From: Candidatus Latescibacterota bacterium
Lineage (GTDB): Bacteria; Latescibacterota; UBA2968; GCA-2709665
Length of the DNA stretch: 64,000 nucleotides
Reading direction: 5' to 3'
Assembly (NCBI GenBank): GCA_965203805.1
Contig: OZ241917.1
Coordinates: 416,001 to 480,000, forward strand
The notes under the pieces: model-generated
Databases searched by the model: none
What the model was told of the DNA's origin: nothing
The model's input: the letters and a program-made list of their open reading frames with translations, nothing else
Translations under genes and position numbers: made by a program
In this document: positions 18,977-30,595 of the stretch, piece by piece
Position numbering within the stretch: the first letter of the stretch is position 1
How the letters are laid out: every line of letters starts with the position of its first letter

Positions 18977-21900
18977 ATGCATTCCACAGAATCTTTGCAA
19001 TCGACAGTCAAACCTGGTGTAACCGTCGATGGCCCTTTTGTTCCCGAACCTATTGAAGTACTGGCAGTCGTTCCCTTTGGAACATCCTTGAAAGTGATCG
19101 GTAAGGGAACCAAGACTGGCTTGACCCACGATCCTGTTTTGAGTCGAGAGCAGCTATCCAAACTGAACATCTCTGGCGAGAACGAGCCTCTTGACGGGAA
19201 TGCAGCGTTATTCAGGATCGGCATTGAGGCCCATCGGCTTGGTTTGGCCTATGAATATGATCCTTTTTTTTCGCTTTCCATTGCAAGGATAGATCCACTG
19301 CCGCATCAGCTTGAAGCCGTATACGATTATTTTCTAAGACTACCCCGCATTCGGTTCTTGCTTGCTGATGATCCCGGAGCAGGTAAGACCATTATGGCCG
19401 GACTGCTAATCAAGGAGCTGAGAGCAAGGGGCTTGGTAAAGCGCGTTCTGATCGTGGCGCCCGCTAACCTGACGTTTCAGTGGCAGCGAGAACTCAGAGA
19501 TAAATTTCGGGAGTCTTTCGATATTATCAACAGTATGGTACTCCGTACGAACTACGGCCAGAATCCCTGGCAAGAGCGAGACCAGGCTATTACGTCCGTT
19601 TCCTGGGTGTCGCGTATCGAAGATGCTCGTGAGAGTCTACAGCGATCCCGATGGGACCTGATTATTGTAGATGAAGCCCACAAGATGAGTGCCTATGCAC
19701 ACGATCGTAAGACGCTCGCATATCAGCTAGGTGAATCCCTTTCGGAGATGACCGATCATTTTCTATTAATGACAGCAACTCCTCATAAAGGTGACCCCGA
19801 AAACTTCTGTTTGTTTCTCTCGCTTTTAGATCGGGATGTGTATGGTAATGTCGAGAGCCTGAACCACGCAATGTCTCAGAACGAGGCCCCTTTCTATCTT
19901 CGACGCACCAAAGAGGCCTTGGTGTCTTTTCCAGATCCAGATACTGGCGTTGTACATAAGCTGTTTACTAACCGCGAAGTGCATACTGCAGCGTTTGATC
20001 TGGATGGTGAGGAACTCGATTTCTATGATGATTTAACACGGTATGTCGAAGATCAGTCTATTCTGGCTTCAGCCGATAATTCTGCAAGGGGTAGAGCCCT
20101 TGGTTTTACAATGGCAATGCTCCAGCGCCGGATGGCGTCGACGATCTATGCGGTTCGCCGAAGTTTAGAGCGTATGCGGGCTCGGCGTGAAAAGATTCTG
20201 GCCGATCCTGAAGGGTATCGACAGGAACAGATCGAACGAAGGTTTCCGGACGATTATGATGACCTGACCGAAGAAGAACAGCATCAGATTCTGACCGATT
20301 TAGAGGAAGTGGTTGCGTCAGTTGATCCGAGTGCGCTTCGGGAAGAGATTACCCATTTGACGCGATTGATCGGTTCAGCAAGGAAGTTGGAGCACCGTGA
20401 GATCGAATCCAAGTTGGCCAATTTGAAAGACCTGTTGAATAAACGTGGCTTTTTGCGTGATCCGAATAAAAAGCTCCTGGTATTTACTGAACATAAGGAT
20501 TCTCTGGACTATCTGGCTGGAGATGGGAAGGACGGGCGACCATTTGGTAAGCTACGCGCGTGGGGGTTGACGATTACTCAGATTCATGGCGGTATGAAGA
20601 TCGGGGATCGAGATACGCGAGGGACCCGCATCTATGCAGAACGGGAATTTCGAGAATCTGCCCAAATACTAGTGGCAACAGAAGCAGCAGGAGAAGGCAT
20701 CAATCTTCAGTTTTGTAATCAGATGGTCAATTACGACATCCCGTGGAATCCTGTACGATTGGAGCAACGCGTTGGGCGTATTCATCGATATGGTCAGCAA
20801 CACGACTGTTTCATTTTTAACTTTGTTGCCAGAAATACCCGGGAAGGTCGCGTTCTTCAGAAGCTGATGGACCGGCTGCGTGAGATTCGGAGTGAGTTGG
20901 GGACAGATCAGGTATTTGATGTGATTGGCGAAGTATTACCTTCCAATTTGCTAGATCGGCTATTTCGAGATATGTATGCCCGAAGAACAGATGAGCACGC
21001 AGTAGCGCACCGCATTGTTCAGGAAGTGGACTTGAATCGGTTTAAATCCATTACCGAGTCCGCTCTTGAAGGTCTAGCCAAGAAGGAACTAAATCTGTCT
21101 GCCGTTCTTGGCAAATCCGCCGAGGCCAAGGAAAGACGACTGGTGCCTGAGGTGATCGAGCAATTTTTCGTGGAAGCAGGTCCAGTAGCTGGTATTCATC
21201 CAAAGGCCACGTCTCACTGCGGCCAAATATATCGCGTAGGAAAAATACCCAGAACGCTACTTCAAAAAGGGCAGGAAATAGAGGGGCGATTTGGAAGGTT
21301 GGGGAGAGATTATGCGCGTATCGGATTTGACAAGGAGTTGCTAAAAGATCACCCCACATTAGAATGGGTAACCCCTGGCCATCCCCTTTTTGAAGTTGTC
21401 CGAGAGGATGTACTTGAACGCGTGCAAGATCATCTAAACCGGGGGGCAGTGTTTTGGGATCTAAACATACAGGCTGCTGGGATTCTGGACGTTTTTGCTG
21501 CATCGATTAAGGATGGTCTTGGTAACACGCTGCATAGACGTATTTTCGTGGTTGAAACAGATCCCGATGGAGAGATGCAACTCCGACAACCTACCTATTT
21601 CTTGGATATCACGCCAAAGCCTGCCGATGAAACTTCGGCACAGGATCCGAATTTCAAACCACCGGATCGGGTGCTGGCTGAGCGGTTTCTGTTTGAAACG
21701 GCATTACAACCCTGGCTAAATGAATCTGCCGAGCAGAGAGAGAAGGAAGTTGGCATAATTGCCCACCATGTAGGCATCAGCTTGAATGCTTTGATAGATC
21801 GGCAGCAAATCCAGCTTGCAGACTATCTTAATCGTCAGATTGACGGCCAAACTGTTACCGGATTGGATGGTTTGATTGCCCAAGCCGAACAGCATCTGGA

Positions 21901-22438
21901 CGATCTCAACAACCGATTGGAGAACAGAAATAAGGAATTGGAAATGGAGCGCCACTGTACCATCGGAGACATTGCACATCTCGGTCGTGCGATAGTAGTT
22001 CCACATCCCGAACGTCAGACTACAAAATTAGCGCCTATGGTACGGGATGAAAAAATCGAGAAAATAGCGGTACATATGGCCAGGAATTACGAAGAAGCGC
22101 GCGGATGTGTGGTCGAAAGTGTTGAAGCTGACAACCGGGGATTTGATTTGATTTCTCGACGCCCACATCCGGAAGATTCCGACACATTTACAGAAGTAAG
22201 ATTTATTGAAGTAAAGGGGAGGGCCGGAGTTGGGGAGATTTTCTTGAGTACGAATGAATACAGAACCGCAGAACGACTCAAAGACGATTATTGGCTCTAT
22301 ACTGTGTTTAACTGCATAACCGAACCTGACTTACATATTTTTAGAGATCCTGGATCCTTGGATTGGAAACCCATCACGAAAATAGAACATTATCGGATCA
22401 ACCCCAACGCAGTGTTTAGAAACCAGAGCCATGTCTGA
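18977..22438 (+). CDS. SNF2-family helicase with C-terminal DUF3883 (NOV C-like) nuclease domain
   Basis: LLADDPGAGKT, IVDEAH, TATPH, QRVGRIHR; GFDLIS...FIEVKGR. Confidence 0.9.
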   Translation: MHSTESLQSTVKPGVTVDGPFVPEPIEVLAVVPFGTSLKVIGKGTKTGLTHDPVLSREQLSKLNISGENEPLDGNAALFRIGIEAHRLGLAYEYDPFFSLSIARIDPLPHQLEAVYDYFLRLPRIRFLLADDPGAGKTIMAGLLIKELRARGLVKRVLIVAPANLTFQWQRELRDKFRESFDIINSMVLRTNYGQNPWQERDQAITSVSWVSRIEDARESLQRSRWDLIIVDEAHKMSAYAHDRKTLAYQLGESLSEMTDHFLLMTATPHKGDPENFCLFLSLLDRDVYGNVESLNHAMSQNEAPFYLRRTKEALVSFPDPDTGVVHKLFTNREVHTAAFDLDGEELDFYDDLTRYVEDQSILASADNSARGRALGFTMAMLQRRMASTIYAVRRSLERMRARREKILADPEGYRQEQIERRFPDDYDDLTEEEQHQILTDLEEVVASVDPSALREEITHLTRLIGSARKLEHREIESKLANLKDLLNKRGFLRDPNKKLLVFTEHKDSLDYLAGDGKDGRPFGKLRAWGLTITQIHGGMKIGDRDTRGTRIYAEREFRESAQILVATEAAGEGINLQFCNQMVNYDIPWNPVRLEQRVGRIHRYGQQHDCFIFNFVARNTREGRVLQKLMDRLREIRSELGTDQVFDVIGEVLPSNLLDRLFRDMYARRTDEHAVAHRIVQEVDLNRFKSITESALEGLAKKELNLSAVLGKSAEAKERRLVPEVIEQFFVEAGPVAGIHPKATSHCGQIYRVGKIPRTLLQKGQEIEGRFGRLGRDYARIGFDKELLKDHPTLEWVTPGHPLFEVVREDVLERVQDHLNRGAVFWDLNIQAAGILDVFAASIKDGLGNTLHRRIFVVETDPDGEMQLRQPTYFLDITPKPADETSAQDPNFKPPDRVLAERFLFETALQPWLNESAEQREKEVGIIAHHVGISLNALIDRQQIQLADYLNRQIDGQTVTGLDGLIAQAEQHLDDLNNRLENRNKELEMERHCTIGDIAHLGRAIVVPHPERQTTKLAPMVRDEKIEKIAVHMARNYEEARGCVVESVEADNRGFDLISRRPHPEDSDTFTEVRFIEVKGRAGVGEIFLSTNEYRTAERLKDDYWLYTVFNCITEPDLHIFRDPGSLDWKPITKIEHYRINPNAVFRNQSHV

Positions 22439-23912
22439 TCCGCGCAACGTACTTCAGCGCAAATTTGATTTGCGCCATCGGTCCAGCAACTTTGGAAATG
22501 TAATATCAAAAATGGTGGTAAGAGGGTTTCGCTGTCATCCTCACACGATTATAGATATTCAGAGTCCAATTACTGCTTTTTGTGGTTTGAACGGTGTAGG
22601 AAAATCCACTCTTATCGAACTCGCAGCCTGCGCCTATAAGAACCCTAATGGGCAAAGATTCAATATCAGTAGATTCTTTGCCGTTGGACAACTCGATCCG
22701 GCACCATTTAGCGCCAACGCCTCTGTACAGTATCACTTCGACATACCGGAACAAGGTGAACAAGTCGTAACGATATCTAGAAACCGCCAGCAAAGTCGTT
22801 GGAATGGCTATTCAAGGCGCCCAGCAAGAAATGTTGTTTTTACTGGGCAAGGATTGTATGTATCCCGCTGTGAGAGAAATGATTTCGTGGTTCGGGAGTC
22901 TGCCCGTCTCGATATAACAGAGTCTAAACCAATTGGAGAAGAAGAAATAACAAGATGTTGCGAAATCCTCGGATTGCAATATGAAGAGATCGAAGAGAAA
23001 ACCGTTCGCAGAAAAAAGCAGGAAACTAGTGTCTTAAGCTCTTCAATTGGAGGGAACACATACTCGGAAACCCATATGGGCTTAGGCGAAGGGCGTGTGC
23101 AAACCTTCATAAAAGTTTTTGAATCAGTTGAACGACAAAGCTTAATCCTGATTGAAGAACCAGAACATGCACTTCACCAAAGTGCGCAATATCGACTTGG
23201 TCGCTACCTCGTGGACCTATGTATCCGCAAGGGCCACCAGATGTTCCTTACCACCCATAGTGAGCATCTTCTGAGAGCTTTACCTCAGTTATCTTCTATA
23301 TATTTACACAAAATTCCACAAGGTATTGAAACGATTCCCGGAATGCCTCCTGCTCAGGCTGTGAGCTTGATGGCTGAGGGCTTCGATAAGGCAATTACTC
23401 TGCTTGTGGAAGACGAATGTGCCAAGATTGTCTTGTCTGAAATTCTCAGGCATTTCGATCCAACTTTTCTGGCGTCAGTAAAAATCGAAATTGCTGGATA
23501 TAAAGACGACAGTGGTGAATATGTGGGAGGGGGAAAGGATGCAATTACCAAAACAATGAGAGCTCTAACCAATGTGGGACTGAGCGTAGCTGCAGTTCTA
23601 GATCCTGATGCCTTTTCTGATCCCAAAAATTATGTTTTCAAATTACCTGGTCGAAACGCGCCGGAGTTGGAATTAATTAAATCAACTAAATTTCGAGAGG
23701 TTTTGCTGACCACCTATCAGATTGAGGTAGATAATTTCATTGCAAGCATTAGAACATATGATTGTCATCGATGTTTCTCCCTTCTGGCTAAACAGCTCAA
23801 TGTACACGAATCTTATTTGCTCACTGAAGCGGCACGTGGTTATGCTCCTGAATGCAACAGGTATGAAGCAGAGGTTCTCATTGAACAATTGAAAGAAGCC
23901 GGGAGCCGCTGA
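22431..23912 (+). CDS. ABC/AAA_21 ATPase with TOPRIM-like C-terminus (OLD-like ATP-dependent nuclease)
   Basis: GLNGVGKS, HMGLGE, LIEEPE..LH, TTHS; LLVED, VLDPD. Confidence 0.75.
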   Translation: MSDPRNVLQRKFDLRHRSSNFGNVISKMVVRGFRCHPHTIIDIQSPITAFCGLNGVGKSTLIELAACAYKNPNGQRFNISRFFAVGQLDPAPFSANASVQYHFDIPEQGEQVVTISRNRQQSRWNGYSRRPARNVVFTGQGLYVSRCERNDFVVRESARLDITESKPIGEEEITRCCEILGLQYEEIEEKTVRRKKQETSVLSSSIGGNTYSETHMGLGEGRVQTFIKVFESVERQSLILIEEPEHALHQSAQYRLGRYLVDLCIRKGHQMFLTTHSEHLLRALPQLSSIYLHKIPQGIETIPGMPPAQAVSLMAEGFDKAITLLVEDECAKIVLSEILRHFDPTFLASVKIEIAGYKDDSGEYVGGGKDAITKTMRALTNVGLSVAAVLDPDAFSDPKNYVFKLPGRNAPELELIKSTKFREVLLTTYQIEVDNFIASIRTYDCHRCFSLLAKQLNVHESYLLTEAARGYAPECNRYEAEVLIEQLKEAGSR

Positions 23913-26900
23913 TGGTAGACACCTCCTTTAATTTCCAAGCGGAAGAAAGGAAATTTATGCAGAGCAGATATCCAAAAAGGCTTATAGAAGTTGATCTTCC
24001 GATCTCTCGAATTTCTGCTCAGGCGAGAAGAGAAAAGTCCATTAGAAAAGGACATATCTCCAGTTTACACATTTGGTGGGCGAGGAGGCCATTAGCTGCC
24101 TGTAGAGCTGTATTGTGTGCTTCTCTCTGGCCGGACCCTGTTGATCTGTATGAAAACTGTGCGAAATATAAGGGTTTTGTCCAAGAAAACGGAATTGGAG
24201 TAGCACGCCCAGAACATTTCCTGTACGAAGCTGAAAGACTAATGTCTAAGTGGGCCAAAAAAAACCTCAATCTGGCCAGCCAAAGTTCTTACCGCCGACT
24301 GTTACAGATTCAAAGGGGACGCGAATTTCTTCAAGATCCGGTTAACTTGCGAAACGTGCTACTCGATTTTATCGCAGATTTCAGCATTTGGGAAAACTCC
24401 CAGAAGCACGAATATCTTGAAATTTCACGTGCACTAACATCAGCCGCTCAGGAGACGTTGTATGGGATAAGGGGTACCAATCCTGTCGTTCTAGATCCTT
24501 TTGCTGGTGGCGGTTCTATACCGTTGGAATCCCTGAGATTGGGAGCTGATACATTTGCAATAGATCTCAATCCTGTAGCAGTCTTACTAAATAAGGCCAT
24601 TTTGGAGTATTTACCTAGGTATGGACGAACTCTAGTGAAAGAGATTAACAAATGGGGTGAATGGATACAACGCAAAGCAGAAGAAGAATTGAGCGCATTA
24701 TTTCCGTCATCAAGAGATGGTTCTACTCCCAAAGCGTATTTATGGGCAAGAACCCTTAATTGCGAGGGACCGTCCTGCGGTAAAACTATTCCTGCGATTC
24801 GGACTACAACTCTTCTAACGCGCTCTAAGAACAAACAATATATCAGCATTAAAGGAAATCCAAATCATCCAAAGATTGAAATTGAATTAGTACAGGATAA
24901 ACCAAGCAGAGCCACGATTTCATCAGGCAAACTTACTTGCCCTGTTTGTGGATACACTACCTCTGATAAGAACACAATGAGGCAGATGACGAAGAGAAGA
25001 GGAGGGACAGAAGACGCTTCTCTCATCTGTGTTATAAGCGAGGGTACTGACGGAGCGCGGCAGTTTGATCTCCCTTCGGCCGATGATCTAGTCGCTGCCC
25101 AAGTGTATTCATCTGAGGTTTTATCTGAGCTTTCAAATCAAGGATATAATGCGCCAAAAGATCCTATAAATCCACTTAGACCTTCTCCTAATGCAAGAGG
25201 ACTATCCGCTGTCACTCGTTACGGGATGAGTGCTTTTTCAGATCTTTATACAATACGTCAAAAGGCGACATTACTGACATTTCAGAGAATCATAAATGAA
25301 GCCTCGGAGAAAATGGACGCATCTATTCGCATTCCACTGACGACATTTCTCGCTTTGTCGCTTGGCCGACTACTTGACCGAGATACATCTCTTTGTCGTT
25401 GGATTCCCCAAACAGGCGCAGTCGGCTTTACTTTTGGTCGGCAAGCTTTATCGATGATTTGGGATTTTGTGGAAATTAACCCCTTAACACATTCCGGCGG
25501 ATGGACAGGTGCCTATAAGACAGTGTCCTCTGTCATTGAGGCACAACTATGTATAGAGAAATCCGGTGAGGTTTTCAGTAGTTCTGCAACGTCTCTTGTC
25601 CTGCCGGATGATTCAATAACGATGTTGGCTACTGATCCACCATATTACGACTCGATCCCATATGCAGATCTATCTGATTTTTTTTATGTATGGTTAAAAC
25701 AGCTATTAAGGCCGATTCATAGCTCCCTGTTTTCAAACGAGCTAACTCCGAAAGATGATGAAGTAATTTGGAACCCAAGTAGGTCTTTACCGTGTGGGCA
25801 AAGTAAAGACAAAGAGTTTTATGAATCCATGATGACACGTGCTTTCGAGGAGGGGAGACGCGTTACCGCACCATCTGGTTTAGGCATTGTTGTCTTTGCC
25901 CATAAGTCAACTGATGGATGGGAAGCAATGCTACAATCTTTACTCTCTGCAGGATGGATAATTACTGCATCTTGGCCAATTGATACTGAACGATCTGCTC
26001 GAACAAATGCAATTGGAACAGCCTCATTAGCTTCATCGGTGCATTTAGTGTGTAGACCGCGCGAGATGAGAGATGGAGATATCGGAGAAGATGAGATTGG
26101 TGAATGGCGAGATGTAATATCAGAACTTCCAATACGGATACAAGAATGGATGCAACGGTTAACAGAAGAAGGAATTGTTGGGGCAGATGCTATATTTGCT
26201 TGTTTAGGACCAGCATTAGAAATATTCAGTCGCTATAGCCGAGTTGAAAGGGCAAGTGGTGAAACGGTAGCACTGCGAGAATATCTTGAGCAAGTATGGG
26301 CAGCTGTATCTAATGAGGCTTTGTCCGTAATATTTGAGAGTGCTGATGCACAGGTTTCGGAGCCTGAAGCGCGTTTAACTGCAATGTGGCTATGGACATT
26401 AGGTGCAGGTAGCAAAACTGAAATTGGCGATGGCTTCGGAAATGACCAGTACGACGCACGTGAAGGGAAAGAAACAATACATTCGTCGGGGTTTAATCTT
26501 GAATATGATACAGCACGTAAGATTGCTCAAGGTTTAGGTGTGCACCTTGAGAAAGCAAATTCAGTGGTGGAAGTCAGGGGAGAAAAGGCGAGATTGTTAC
26601 CAGTTATAGAACGGACTCGCTACCTCTTTGGCATAGACAGTGAGTTAGAGACTGGGCGTCGCCGGAGAACCAAGAATGTGAAGCAGCTTTCTCTCTTCAA
26701 TGAGTTAGAAGAAGCGGAAGGTGTTGATGCTGAAGAATTGGAGGCAAATGGTCCGCTTCCAGGCTCGACAATATTAGATCGTGTGCATCAAGCAATGATT
26801 CTCTTTGGGGCGGGACGAGGAGAGGCATTGAGGAGATTCTTGGTACAAGAAGGTATTGGAAAAGATGATGGATTCTGGAAATTGGCTCAAGCTCTCTCAG

Positions 26901-26977
26901 CCCTTTATCCATCAGAAATTGTAGAGAAGAGGTGGGTAGATGGGGTTCTTGCCCGTAAAGGAAGTCTGGGATTCTGA
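23912..26977 (+). CDS. DUF1156 adenine-specific DNA methyltransferase
   Basis: KRLIEVDLP, LHIWWARRPL, DPFAGGGSIP, Zn ribbon, TDPPYYD. Confidence 0.9.
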   Translation: MVDTSFNFQAEERKFMQSRYPKRLIEVDLPISRISAQARREKSIRKGHISSLHIWWARRPLAACRAVLCASLWPDPVDLYENCAKYKGFVQENGIGVARPEHFLYEAERLMSKWAKKNLNLASQSSYRRLLQIQRGREFLQDPVNLRNVLLDFIADFSIWENSQKHEYLEISRALTSAAQETLYGIRGTNPVVLDPFAGGGSIPLESLRLGADTFAIDLNPVAVLLNKAILEYLPRYGRTLVKEINKWGEWIQRKAEEELSALFPSSRDGSTPKAYLWARTLNCEGPSCGKTIPAIRTTTLLTRSKNKQYISIKGNPNHPKIEIELVQDKPSRATISSGKLTCPVCGYTTSDKNTMRQMTKRRGGTEDASLICVISEGTDGARQFDLPSADDLVAAQVYSSEVLSELSNQGYNAPKDPINPLRPSPNARGLSAVTRYGMSAFSDLYTIRQKATLLTFQRIINEASEKMDASIRIPLTTFLALSLGRLLDRDTSLCRWIPQTGAVGFTFGRQALSMIWDFVEINPLTHSGGWTGAYKTVSSVIEAQLCIEKSGEVFSSSATSLVLPDDSITMLATDPPYYDSIPYADLSDFFYVWLKQLLRPIHSSLFSNELTPKDDEVIWNPSRSLPCGQSKDKEFYESMMTRAFEEGRRVTAPSGLGIVVFAHKSTDGWEAMLQSLLSAGWIITASWPIDTERSARTNAIGTASLASSVHLVCRPREMRDGDIGEDEIGEWRDVISELPIRIQEWMQRLTEEGIVGADAIFACLGPALEIFSRYSRVERASGETVALREYLEQVWAAVSNEALSVIFESADAQVSEPEARLTAMWLWTLGAGSKTEIGDGFGNDQYDAREGKETIHSSGFNLEYDTARKIAQGLGVHLEKANSVVEVRGEKARLLPVIERTRYLFGIDSELETGRRRRTKNVKQLSLFNELEEAEGVDAEELEANGPLPGSTILDRVHQAMILFGAGRGEALRRFLVQEGIGKDDGFWKLAQALSALYPSEIVEKRWVDGVLARKGSLGF

Positions 26978-26985
26978 GGCATACG

Positions 26986-27585
26986 ATGGATACTCCCCTG
27001 TCTGAGAAATGGACAAGAGCGTTTCGTGATGTTGTCGTGCAGCCTCGAATTTCCGATCCATTGAAGACAACTTCACTTAACGAAGATTTGAGACATTGGA
27101 CAACGCTGTTGACAGATGTTGTTATTGAGAGTTGTAAACAGTTGGATTGGCAGGCTGCAGCCAAGGGTCATACGCTTGATTTGCTTCCTCAGATGGGACA
27201 AGAATACCTCGGCCTTGATGCTGTCGCGTTCGAAGTTTCTCTTAGCCAAATGCAATCCTCTCGTTGGACTTTTCCTGTTGCCGTTTTTGAATTGGAGAAT
27301 AGTCTCTCTGATAATCGTGTGGCTTATTCTCTTTGGAAAGTGATGTGTATAAACGCTGCATTGAGAGTTGTATTTGCCTACCGACGAGATGATCTGAAAG
27401 GAGCAGACCTTGTGAAGTCCTTGAAAACAAACGTCGTTTCAGGGATTCCTTCAATACAACGTACTCGAATATTTGGAGAAACCCTCCTTGTGATAGGGAG
27501 TCGGTCTGATGGACCAACCTTCCCGTGGGGATTCTTCAAATTCTGGCACCTTGATTTGAATACGGGAAGTTTTGTAAAATCTTAA
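26986..27585 (+). CDS. Hypothetical protein, possible restriction-endonuclease fold
   Basis: EYL.LD...FELEN...K pattern; sits within the operon. Confidence 0.55.
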   Translation: MDTPLSEKWTRAFRDVVVQPRISDPLKTTSLNEDLRHWTTLLTDVVIESCKQLDWQAAAKGHTLDLLPQMGQEYLGLDAVAFEVSLSQMQSSRWTFPVAVFELENSLSDNRVAYSLWKVMCINAALRVVFAYRRDDLKGADLVKSLKTNVVSGIPSIQRTRIFGETLLVIGSRSDGPTFPWGFFKFWHLDLNTGSFVKS

Positions 27586-27610
27586 CCCAAGGAAAGAGTG
27601 GGAGACAGTT

Positions 27611-30547
27611 ATGGCATCACTGAAGCCGTGGTATCAAGTTGTAACACCAAGAGAGGATTTAAGGGAGAATCGACCGCTTGATGCATCTGAATTTGCCGTT
27701 CATTTGGATCATATCCGTGACAGGCGATCTCATGTGGATTATTGTGAACCAGACCGGTTTTTTGATCGCACATACTTGACCAGGAACTTACTGGATCTGA
27801 CATCACAGGTTGTGCGGAGACTTTCCGGTATCAAGGTTGGGACTTCTGCTGTATTCAATATGGCAACACAATTTGGGGGCGGGAAGACACACGCTTTAAC
27901 TGCCCTTTATCATATAGCTCGCGGCGGAAATAAAGCCAAGGATTGGAAGGGTATCAGTTCAATATTGACTAAAGCACAAGTTCGGGAAGTGCCGAAAGCT
28001 GATGTCGCTGTATTTGTGGGTACTGAGTTCGATGTGCTGGATGGACGGGGTGGAAAAGGAGAACCACATCGCAGAACACCCTGGGGTGAAATTGCCTGGC
28101 AACTTGGAAAGAAGAGAGCATTCGATGTGGTTGCCAGCCATGATGATAAAGGCATTGCCCCTGCAGGTGATGTGATCAGAAAAATGTTGCCAGATGGCCC
28201 TGTGCTGATTCTGATTGATGAATTGTTAAATTATGTCAGTCGTAGTCGCAAATCAGGGCTTTCAGATCAGTTTTATGATTTCGTGCAGAGCTTGTCGGAA
28301 GAATCCCGTGCTCGAGAAAATATCGTGCTTTGTGTTTCGATTCCGGCATCTGAACTTGAGATGAACCCGGAAGATCAGCGGGATTACGATTCTTACAAAA
28401 AGATGTTGGATCGTCTTGGAAAAGTCATCAGTATGGCATCGGATACAGAAGTGACTGAGATTATTCGCCGACGCCTTTTTGAGTGGCACGGCATCCCTAA
28501 CGAAGGGAATCAGGTAGTTGCCGCCTATGCAGAATGGGCACAGCAACATGCTGATGAACTATCAAATTTGGGAGATCGAGATACTGCAGAAGTGTTCCGT
28601 GCCTGTTATCCGTTTCACCCTTCTATGATTTCTGTTTTTGAGCGCAAATGGCAGAGTTTGCCCAGATTCCAGCGCACGCGCGGAATACTGCGTCTTTTCG
28701 CCCTCTGGATTGCACGGCAATATCAAGAGGAACACAAAAAGGCGTCGAGAGAGCCGCTGATCACTCTTGGATCTGCTCCTTTGGAGGATCAGGTTTTCAG
28801 GGATGCAGTATTTGAACAGCTTGGGTCTGATCAGCTTTCTACACCTGTCACGACAGATATTGCGGGCAAAAAGGATGCCCACTCTATCAAGTTGGACCGA
28901 GAGGCAACGGATTCGATCAAGAAGAGCAGGTTACATCAAAAGGTGAGCACTGTCATATTCTTTGAGTGTAATGGGGGGCAAAGCCAGAGTAAAGCTGATG
29001 CTTCGGTTCCTGAGATCCGAACTGCGTTGGGTAGTCCGGATTTAAATCTCGCAGAAATAGAGGCCGTCTTAGAGGGATTGAGTTCTACCTGCTACTATCT
29101 TACGTGGGACCGCAACCGATATCGGTTCGGTTTAAGGCCTAATCTCAACCAGATGCTGGTGACTCGCCGTGGAGCAATATCTGTCAGAGATATTGATGAT
29201 CAGGTACGTAAGACAATTATCGACGTCTTCAAGGATGGGCAACAAGCTCTTGAACGGCGTTATTTTCCTGCACGAAGTAATGACATTCCGGACCGTCCTC
29301 AGTTGACACTGGCAATATTAAGCCCCGATTATCTGGCCAAAGACGCAGAATCCAAAGCACTGATGGAGAAAATGGTTCGGGAATCTGGATTATCGGGACG
29401 CACGTACAAATCAGGCCTGGTCTTTGTAGCTTCAGATTCTGCGACACTAATGACCGAGGCCGCCCGGACACTTCTGGCCTGGGACGACATTCAGGACGAT
29501 GTGGACTCCGTCGCACAATTGGAAGAATCGCAGAAACGGAATTTAACCAGGAGCCTTGGACGTGCCCGATCTGATCTTAAAGAAGCGATCTGGCGTTCCT
29601 ACAGGCATGTCTTCCTATTGGCCGAAAACAATAGACTTAAAGAGGTTGATCTAGGGCAGGTGACATCCAGCATGGCCTCCAATTATGTTGATTTGCTCGT
29701 AAATCAACTTACCCGGGACGATGAAATTACTTCATCTGTAGGCGTCAATCGTCTAATCCGTGTTTGGCCACCTGCCTTGACAGAATGGTCAACAAAAGAT
29801 GTGCGCGATGCGTTTTTTGCTTCTCCAGCTCTTCCCCGATTATTGGAACCAGATTCTATCAAACGGACCATTGCCGACGGTGTCAGCGCTAAGTCGCTTG
29901 GATATGCCCGTAGAGAATCGGATGGGCTAGTTCTCGAAAAATTCGGCGATAGTATGTCTGACCTGGAAGTCGAGATTGACAAAGACGTTTTCATACTCAA
30001 AGCGGATGATGCACAAAAACTGGTTGAACCCCCCAGGCTGGATCGATTGCTCATTCAGCCCGATCAAGCAGAGGCGAATCCTGGAAAGCGTGTGACATTT
30101 TCTGCTACGGGTTTGGATCAATATGGTCACAAATACGATGTTAAGGATGTAAAATGGTTTACGTCAGATGGTGGAATTGATGAAAACGGCCTCCTAATAG
30201 CTGCCGATAACACTGGGATTTATACGATTACTGCTCAGGTTGAAGGTATACAGAATAGTACTCAACTCAGAGTAACAGATAAGGTTCCTGGTGGCGGTGG
30301 TGGAGACGAAAGTGATGACGTTGGCATAGAAGGTGTGACTATACGGTGGCAGGGCGATGTCCCTCCGCAAAAGTGGATGAACTTCTATACCAAAGTCTTG
30401 ACCCGCTTTGTTACAGAGCCCGGATTGAAACTACAGGTCAGTTTTGAGGCGCCCACAGAAGAAGCCGCCGCACAGAACACGCTGGACCAAATTAAGAGCG
30501 CATTGCGCGATCTTGGGCTAGGCGAGGACGCATCGGCTGGACAATAG
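27611..30547 (+). CDS. DUF499 AAA+ ATPase with C-terminal Ig-like region
   Basis: LKPW..VV.PREDL, EFAVHL, QFGGGKTH, LILIDE, YPFHP, FQRTRG.LR. Confidence 0.88.
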   Translation: MASLKPWYQVVTPREDLRENRPLDASEFAVHLDHIRDRRSHVDYCEPDRFFDRTYLTRNLLDLTSQVVRRLSGIKVGTSAVFNMATQFGGGKTHALTALYHIARGGNKAKDWKGISSILTKAQVREVPKADVAVFVGTEFDVLDGRGGKGEPHRRTPWGEIAWQLGKKRAFDVVASHDDKGIAPAGDVIRKMLPDGPVLILIDELLNYVSRSRKSGLSDQFYDFVQSLSEESRARENIVLCVSIPASELEMNPEDQRDYDSYKKMLDRLGKVISMASDTEVTEIIRRRLFEWHGIPNEGNQVVAAYAEWAQQHADELSNLGDRDTAEVFRACYPFHPSMISVFERKWQSLPRFQRTRGILRLFALWIARQYQEEHKKASREPLITLGSAPLEDQVFRDAVFEQLGSDQLSTPVTTDIAGKKDAHSIKLDREATDSIKKSRLHQKVSTVIFFECNGGQSQSKADASVPEIRTALGSPDLNLAEIEAVLEGLSSTCYYLTWDRNRYRFGLRPNLNQMLVTRRGAISVRDIDDQVRKTIIDVFKDGQQALERRYFPARSNDIPDRPQLTLAILSPDYLAKDAESKALMEKMVRESGLSGRTYKSGLVFVASDSATLMTEAARTLLAWDDIQDDVDSVAQLEESQKRNLTRSLGRARSDLKEAIWRSYRHVFLLAENNRLKEVDLGQVTSSMASNYVDLLVNQLTRDDEITSSVGVNRLIRVWPPALTEWSTKDVRDAFFASPALPRLLEPDSIKRTIADGVSAKSLGYARRESDGLVLEKFGDSMSDLEVEIDKDVFILKADDAQKLVEPPRLDRLLIQPDQAEANPGKRVTFSATGLDQYGHKYDVKDVKWFTSDGGIDENGLLIAADNTGIYTITAQVEGIQNSTQLRVTDKVPGGGGGDESDDVGIEGVTIRWQGDVPPQKWMNFYTKVLTRFVTEPGLKLQVSFEAPTEEAAAQNTLDQIKSALRDLGLGEDASAGQ

Positions 30548-30595
30548 CGTTAGGACCTGACAAGATTTACATCTCTCCAGTAAGGACCGCTTCCG